Assembly: GCA_041615815.1 (NCBI GenBank)
Contig: JBFJCP010000020.1
Span: forward strand, 28,270-92,269
Origin: Gemmatimonadales bacterium
GTDB lineage: Bacteria > Gemmatimonadota > Gemmatimonadetes > Gemmatimonadales > GWC2-71-9
Length of the DNA stretch: 64,000 nucleotides
Direction: 5' to 3'
Shown here in pieces: positions 58,771 through 64,000 of this stretch (its first letter is position 1; each line of letters opens with the position of its first letter). The notes under the pieces were generated by a model, which saw only the letters and a list, made by a program, of their open reading frames with translations, made no database searches and was not told the DNA's origin. A program made the translations under genes and the position numbers.

Positions 58771-60183
58771 CTACCGCATGTCGCTGTGCCGTGACGGGAA
58801 CGCACCCGCGACGAGTCCGTACTCCATCTCGACCTCGTCGATGCTCGCGGTGAGCAGACTTTCGATCAAAAACGGGTTGTGCACCGCCGATCCCCGCAAT
58901 GCGGCTAGTTGGGCGTTGAACCGGGCTCCCTCCGCCGTCGTCAAGCGGCCGTCCGTGGGATTGAATTCGGAAACCGGAAGCTGGGCCAGCAGGGCGTCGA
59001 GCGAGCTCACAAGCGTTTGGATCCGACTCTGGACCACGACGAACGCCGCTTCAGCGGCCCCGGACGAGCCGTGGCACCCGCTCGGCGTGCAGCCGACGAA
59101 GCTCCGGTCGCTGACATCACAGTCCTGAGCTCTCGTGGGCTTGCCTTCATCATCGAGACACGGGATGGCCTGAAAGAGGTGACCCGTGGCATCGAACACG
59201 AACGCACCGGTCTGCGCATCGGTCACTTCGAGGCGGTTGACGTGGCAGGTGGCACACATTCGTGGATTGCGGCTGGTGCCGTGCGTCCCGACAATCGTGT
59301 CGTCAGCGAAGGTAAACCCGGGAGGGCGCCATCCAGCGACTCCCAGCAACAACGGTCCTTGCGGCGAATGCGGCTCCGTCGTCAACGCCGGATCAGGTAT
59401 ACCACCCCGAAAGTGACACTTCATACAGAGATTGGTGTCCTCGTTGGGCTCGTCGATACCGAAACGCAGTTGATGGGAATTCGTCGCGTCGTGAGGATCG
59501 TGACAGACTCCGCACGTGATGGGGATCGGCGCAGCCTGCTCCTTCTCCAGGTAATCAGCCCGGATGCCCCAGGCCTTGAAGATGCCGCGTGCTTCGTGGC
59601 ACTGGACACACGCCGCTTGTTGCTGCGGAGCGGGATTCATGTTCCCATGGCGTGACTGCGTCCACTCTTCCACGAACGGCTGGTGCGTGCCGCTGTGACA
59701 CTCGCCACACCCCCTGGTCAAGTCGATGCCCACCTCCAGGGGTGGCAATGGCTGAAAGGCATCCGGATTCGTGACGTGGTCCAAACCCGGGCCATGACAG
59801 CTCTCACATTGAACGTCCTGATAGCGCGGATCCCGCGTGGACGCCCACGCGACCTGCGACTCCACTACGACATTGCCGTTGGCGCCGACAGTGTGACACG
59901 GCTCGCACGTCTCTTGCGCAAGCCCACTCTCCTGTAGGGTGCTCCAGGCACTCGCGTGGCGCGTCTGCCGCCAATCGGCGGCCTTTCCCACATGGCAGTT
60001 GCCGCAGATTGGACGGCGCTCGGCCGTCCCCGTGGCGTAGCCGAGGAAGCCCTGAGCGGCAGCGGGTGGGTCCTCGAAGGAGCGGAGACTGGTGAACACC
60101 GCATCGTCGTTGATACAGGACAGCGCAGCCAGCCCGACCAGCCCGATCACTGCAGCGGGCGCTCGACCACGGCTTTTCATCAT
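58771..60183 (-). CDS. Multiheme cytochrome c lipoprotein, 9 hemes (paralog 3)
   Basis: ALS-C lipobox; 8 CxxCH plus CTPSGCH; GARFN...HNPFL. Confidence 0.92.
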   Translation of the reverse strand: MMKSRGRAPAAVIGLVGLAALSCINDDAVFTSLRSFEDPPAAAQGFLGYATGTAERRPICGNCHVGKAADWRQTRHASAWSTLQESGLAQETCEPCHTVGANGNVVVESQVAWASTRDPRYQDVQCESCHGPGLDHVTNPDAFQPLPPLEVGIDLTRGCGECHSGTHQPFVEEWTQSRHGNMNPAPQQQAACVQCHEARGIFKAWGIRADYLEKEQAAPIPITCGVCHDPHDATNSHQLRFGIDEPNEDTNLCMKCHFRGGIPDPALTTEPHSPQGPLLLGVAGWRPPGFTFADDTIVGTHGTSRNPRMCATCHVNRLEVTDAQTGAFVFDATGHLFQAIPCLDDEGKPTRAQDCDVSDRSFVGCTPSGCHGSSGAAEAAFVVVQSRIQTLVSSLDALLAQLPVSEFNPTDGRLTTAEGARFNAQLAALRGSAVHNPFLIESLLTASIDEVEMEYGLVAGAFPSRHSDMR

Positions 60184-60323
60184 TGCGCGGCTCCGCGGTG
60201 GAGGACGTGGGCAGAGCGTGATCTCCGGATTCCGACCGCGACCCCAATCGCCTCTCCGGGAGTGAGCGACTCGTTGGCTGGGTGGCACTGGGCGTCGCCG
60301 TTCATTTAATCGACGACCAATCA

Positions 60324-60350
60324 CGAAGCGACGCTAAAGCAAAGGTTAAG
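60324..60350. promoter_or_regulatory. Triple 11-bp-spaced direct repeat upstream of cluster 2
   Basis: CGAAG 60324, TAAAG 60335, TTAAG 60346. Confidence 0.55.
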
Positions 60351-60624
60351 AGTGCTTCACGCCCGCTCGTGCACATCCCAGATGGCCGGTGCGGGAGCCA
60401 ACTGGTCTAGCTGCCACACGCCCATTCTCACAGAGAGCGGTCACGGTCTTCAACGAGGGGGGGAAACACGACGAGGGTGGGAGAGACGTGCCGTGCAGGG
60501 GCCTCCCGCAAGGCGGACTGAGGGATTGCCATTGCTAACGGCGGGGCAACTCTGGCCTGGCGCGGAGGCCGCTGGGCGTGACGGGCGGATGGGAGCCGGT
60601 GGGGCGGGCCGTCCGCCCCTCTGC

Positions 60625-60891
60625 TTACGAAGCTCTCCGCGTCCGACCGCTCGGCAGAGGACACTCACCGGGAGGATGGATCAGGATTTGATCCGTTGGA
60701 GCGTCCCGGCGGCGGATGAGCCGAATGCCATAGCGCTTGAGTCCTTCGCACAGCCTCGAGGCCTCATCCAGCGTACGGAGCTCGGGGTGCGCAAGCGAGA
60801 GCTCAACGGTGGCCCCGGCGGGGACCCGACGGTTGGCCACGAGATCGATGACCTCCCGGACCGAGCTCACAGCGACGCTTCGTTCACTCAT
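60625..60891 (-). CDS. Hypothetical protein
   Basis: GGAGG SD, ATGA overlap with the upstream gene, followed by a hairpin at 60601-60619. Confidence 0.6.
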   Translation of the reverse strand: MSERSVAVSSVREVIDLVANRRVPAGATVELSLAHPELRTLDEASRLCEGLKRYGIRLIRRRDAPTDQILIHPPGECPLPSGRTRRAS

Positions 60892-61310
60892 GCTGCCTCC
60901 GCGGTGTCGGCGATCGACAGGAGATCGCGCAGAAGGTACTCGGCTTCGCGAGCTTCTCGTGCCATGGCCTTCAACAGCTGGGCCAGGTCTTGGGCGAACG
61001 CGAAGTGCTCCCATTCGAGGCTCTGCAGCAGACTGTCGTACAGATGGGCCTGCCGTCGAAACCACATCATATCGGTCGGGCTCAGGACCCGGGCGATGAC
61101 CTGCGGCTGGTTCCGCGGACTCCATTCCAGGATCCCGTTGAGGCGTGCGCTCAGGTGCCAATCGTACGGGATGCTCGAGCGGCTGAGGTCGTCGGCGAGC
61201 TGGCGGAGCCGAAAGGCGGTGTCCCTTCGCATCCCCTTGCCGTTCGCCGCATTGGTCTCGCATACTGCGTCACTACTCACCTGGTCGCTCCCTTCTTTTC
61301 GGCGCGCCAC
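60888..61310 (-). CDS. Hypothetical protein
   Basis: Helical ORF with normal composition; start uncertain. Confidence 0.65.
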   Translation of the reverse strand: MARRKEGSDQVSSDAVCETNAANGKGMRRDTAFRLRQLADDLSRSSIPYDWHLSARLNGILEWSPRNQPQVIARVLSPTDMMWFRRQAHLYDSLLQSLEWEHFAFAQDLAQLLKAMAREAREAEYLLRDLLSIADTAEAA

Positions 61311-61402
61311 GGCATACCACGCAGGTTTCGCACCAACTGGTGAGGAGCGTAGGGGGACGGTCTGGATATCGGAAGAAGGACGGGGTGCAGCTCGCGCGGT
61401 CG

Positions 61403-63574
61403 CTATCCTCGTTCGCCGATCAGCCGCGCCAGGCGTTCCGGCACGCGCTGCCGGGCCATGAGGGCGAGAAACTCTTGGTCTTGCGAGAGCTTGGCTAACG
61501 CCGCGAGGCTGTCCAGATGCGCCCGGGCGCGCCCACTCGGTGACAGCACCAGGAACACCAGATGGATCGGCCGATCATCCGGCGTGGGCATCGTGACCCC
61601 CTCGACCACGCTCGCCACGAAGCAGAGGCTCCGCTCCAACCCTTCGCTGTAGCGGTGCGGGATCGCGATCCCGCTACCCATCGCCACTGACATGGTGCGA
61701 TGCCGCTCGAGAATACCCGCCGTCAACGCCTCGGCCGGCAGCGCCGGTTGGACGCGTTTTGCGCTCTGCATGAGCTCGTCCACCACCGCCTCGAACGACG
61801 GGACCGGGTCGGCGATCACGTCCACGTGGGCAATGAGGTCGGCGAGGCCCGGGATCCGACGGCGCAGGACCACCGCAAACTCACCCCTCGGCGCGTTGGG
61901 TTGGAGCGGGTCGGGAACGATCTCGGCCCGCCCACCGCGCACCCAGAACAACGGTTGGAAGTCCGGCCCAAAATGGCCTCGCTCGTCGGCATCACCGATC
62001 TCCACGAGATCCACGACCAACGCGTCCGTTGCCAGTCCGTGCGCCACTTCTTCCACGGACCCCGTCTGCGTCCATACCGCGGACCCGGGAGCAGGCCCGC
62101 CATCCTCGATGTCGGGTTCCTCTTCCAAACCGGACGTGTCCCAGTGAAAGCACTGCTCGGGCCCGAGCCCCGTCGACCGCTGGACACCCGAGACGAACTG
62201 CGGGCTCGGGGCGTGCACAAACAAGAGCGCCTGCGCATCTGCGAACCGCGGATCCACCAGGCCTTCGACATCCAGTGTCGCCTCATCGCTCGTCAGTTGG
62301 GCGACCGATACGCCCGCGCGCCGGAGTCCGCGAGCCAACTCTTCCGCGACCGCTGCATGGCCCATCAGGATCCACTTGCGCCGGTCGGTGCGCTCCAATC
62401 CCAGCAGCCGAGCCACCCACGGGGCCGAGAGCCCCTGCAGGGTCACCGTCGTCGCTATCACGGCGTAGGTGATGGTCTCCAAGTGCACGGCTTGCACGAA
62501 GCCGCGGTCCTCCAGCCGGATCGCAAACAGCGAGGCCATGGCGGCCGCGACGATCCCACGGGGACCAATCCACGCCAGGAACGACTTCTCCCGTAGCTCG
62601 AACCCCTCCCCCCACGTCGCCAGCCAAATTGCCGTCGGGCGCAAGAACAGGATCACGACGCCGAGCAGCACGAGGAGCTCCCACCCCACGAAGCGTGCCA
62701 GATCGAGACGCGCAGCGAGGAGCACGAACGCCAACCCGATGCCGAACTCGGTGAGCTCGAGCTTGAAACGCTTCACGTGCCGCAGCTGTGGCGGGTGCCG
62801 CAACCCCACCACGAGACCTGCGGCGACGACGGCCAGGATACCGGATTCAGTGAGCAGCGCATTCGCGGTCCCGAACGTGAGGAGCGCGGAGCCGAGCACG
62901 AAGATGTTCACGTGCTCGTCGGCCACCCACGACCGCCTGAGCATAGCGGCCGTGATCAGGCCCAGCGCCGTCCCGATCCCGAGCCCCACGAACAATCGCA
63001 ATCCAAACCGACCCACTGGTCCAAAGACGCCCAGCGTCTCCCCCGGCGAGAGCCATTCGTAACACAGGACGGCCACGAACACACCGAGCGGATCGATGAG
63101 CACGCTCTCCCAGTACAGGATGTGGTGTAACCGCTCCTTGACGTGGACCCGGCGCAGGAGCGGCGCGATCACGGTGGGTCCGGTGACGATGATGAGCGCA
63201 CCGGCCACCAGCGCCATCCCGGGTCCCGTGTCGAACAGCAGGGAGACGACCACCGCGGTCCCCAGCCACGTCACGAGGGGCCCGACTGTCACCATCCGCT
63301 TGATGACCCGAGAGGTGCGCCGGTATCCGGGGATGTCGAGCGTGAGCCCTCCTTCGAAGAGGATCACTGCCACGGCCAGCGAGATCACGAGCTCCAACCC
63401 CTCACCGAGTGACGCCGGATTCACCCATCCCAAACCACTCGGGCCCAGGGCAATGCCGCCGAACAGGAGCAATACGATGGACGGGATGTTGAGCCGCTCG
63501 CTGGCCACCACCAGGATGACCCCCGCCGCAGCGGCGAAGCAGAGAACGATGAGGGCGTCGTGAGAGCCAGGCAT
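61403..63574 (-). CDS. CPA1 cation:proton antiporter fused to a PTS EIIA domain
   Basis: ILFEGGL, TGPTVI, ESVLIDP, GPRGIVAA; C-terminal GIAIPH EIIA motif. Confidence 0.9.
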   Translation of the reverse strand: MPGSHDALIVLCFAAAAGVILVVASERLNIPSIVLLLFGGIALGPSGLGWVNPASLGEGLELVISLAVAVILFEGGLTLDIPGYRRTSRVIKRMVTVGPLVTWLGTAVVVSLLFDTGPGMALVAGALIIVTGPTVIAPLLRRVHVKERLHHILYWESVLIDPLGVFVAVLCYEWLSPGETLGVFGPVGRFGLRLFVGLGIGTALGLITAAMLRRSWVADEHVNIFVLGSALLTFGTANALLTESGILAVVAAGLVVGLRHPPQLRHVKRFKLELTEFGIGLAFVLLAARLDLARFVGWELLVLLGVVILFLRPTAIWLATWGEGFELREKSFLAWIGPRGIVAAAMASLFAIRLEDRGFVQAVHLETITYAVIATTVTLQGLSAPWVARLLGLERTDRRKWILMGHAAVAEELARGLRRAGVSVAQLTSDEATLDVEGLVDPRFADAQALLFVHAPSPQFVSGVQRSTGLGPEQCFHWDTSGLEEEPDIEDGGPAPGSAVWTQTGSVEEVAHGLATDALVVDLVEIGDADERGHFGPDFQPLFWVRGGRAEIVPDPLQPNAPRGEFAVVLRRRIPGLADLIAHVDVIADPVPSFEAVVDELMQSAKRVQPALPAEALTAGILERHRTMSVAMGSGIAIPHRYSEGLERSLCFVASVVEGVTMPTPDDRPIHLVFLVLSPSGRARAHLDSLAALAKLSQDQEFLALMARQRVPERLARLIGERG

Positions 63575-63611
63575 GGGGGATGAGAGCTCGCCGGTCGGAG
63601 ATTCAGCCCTC

Positions 63612-63639
63612 AAAAAAGCCCTCTAGCGTGCGGAGGGCT
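63612..63639 (-). terminator. Intrinsic terminator
   Basis: AGCCCTC-N9-GAGGGCT followed by a U-run on the minus strand. Confidence 0.75.
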
Positions 63640-63643
63640 AGGG

Positions 63644-63810
63644 GAACACCGATCGCAGCGAAGTCCCAAGAAGGTTCTCCGAACGGTGACGGGCGGTTGA
63701 ACGGGCTACGGATGCCGCGGAAACAGATCGGGGTCCGGCCACTCGTGTACGCATTCACCGCCCGCAAGAATCGCAACAGGAAGTCCTCGAATGCGTCGCA
63801 AGCGGTGTTC
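63644..63810 (-). ncRNA. Candidate structured RNA (6S-like rod or cis-regulatory leader)
   Basis: End-to-end pairing GAACACCG/CGGTGTTC, G-U-rich lower stem, central bubble, GCGGGCGGT/ACCGCCCGT upper stem, immediate terminator. Confidence 0.55.
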
Positions 63811-64000
63811 ATCGGGAACACGACGATGAGCCCGTCCGAACGTGCCGATAGGTGTTGGTCCCCGTCATCCCGCCGTATGGTCCGCGGGGATGGGGGTCCA
63901 AGCCGCTCGCGCTTGCCGATCCGGCCGTGGCGAGGAAGAATCGGGAGCGCTTGCAATTGCAAGAAGAACAGATTATTCTTTCAATTGATGGTTACCACCC

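Noticed and set aside
63644..63900. c-di-AMP (ydaO) riboswitch or SRP RNA as the identity of the structured RNA
   Set aside because: ydaO-like words occur in the wrong order and without GCTAAC; the SRP helix 8 GGAA motif is absent
63603..63962. 119-aa minus-strand ORF
   Set aside because: No motifs; runs through a structured RNA candidate and a terminator, so more likely non-coding

Overview
GC-rich bacterial chromosomal window (gene style suggests Gemmatimonadota; this is inference) dominated by energy-metabolism genes. From left to right: a V/A-type ATP synthase operon (minus strand, truncated in subunit A), divergent from a complete group-1 membrane-bound [NiFe]-hydrogenase and hyp operon that includes a hemerythrin-like gene, a HypA lacking its Zn finger and a terminal MenA-like prenyltransferase. 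Housekeeping and accessory genes follow (mtnA, hisN-like, mgtC, FG-GAP protein, M23 peptidase, Ca/Na antiporter, ogt, recF-dciA, modABC, TPR-HD-GYP, PQQ dehydrogenase). The most notable content is two paralogous porin-multiheme cytochrome clusters (27.5-34.1 kb and 49.8-60.2 kb): 8 multiheme proteins with 98 heme-binding motifs counted by eye (92 CxxCH, 6 CX4CH). They share an outer module but connect to different inner-membrane quinol modules, a NapC/NrfH-type 20-heme fusion in one and a low-potential Rieske/cytochrome b complex with a 9-heme anchor in the other. An 11-bp-periodic TNAAG motif precedes all three lipoprotein-cytochrome paralogs, tandem CRP-like boxes precede the HD-GYP gene, and a ~170-nt rod-shaped structured RNA candidate with a terminator lies at the right end. 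No rRNA, tRNA, CRISPR array or mobile element was recognised. All family assignments come from motif reading, not database searches.
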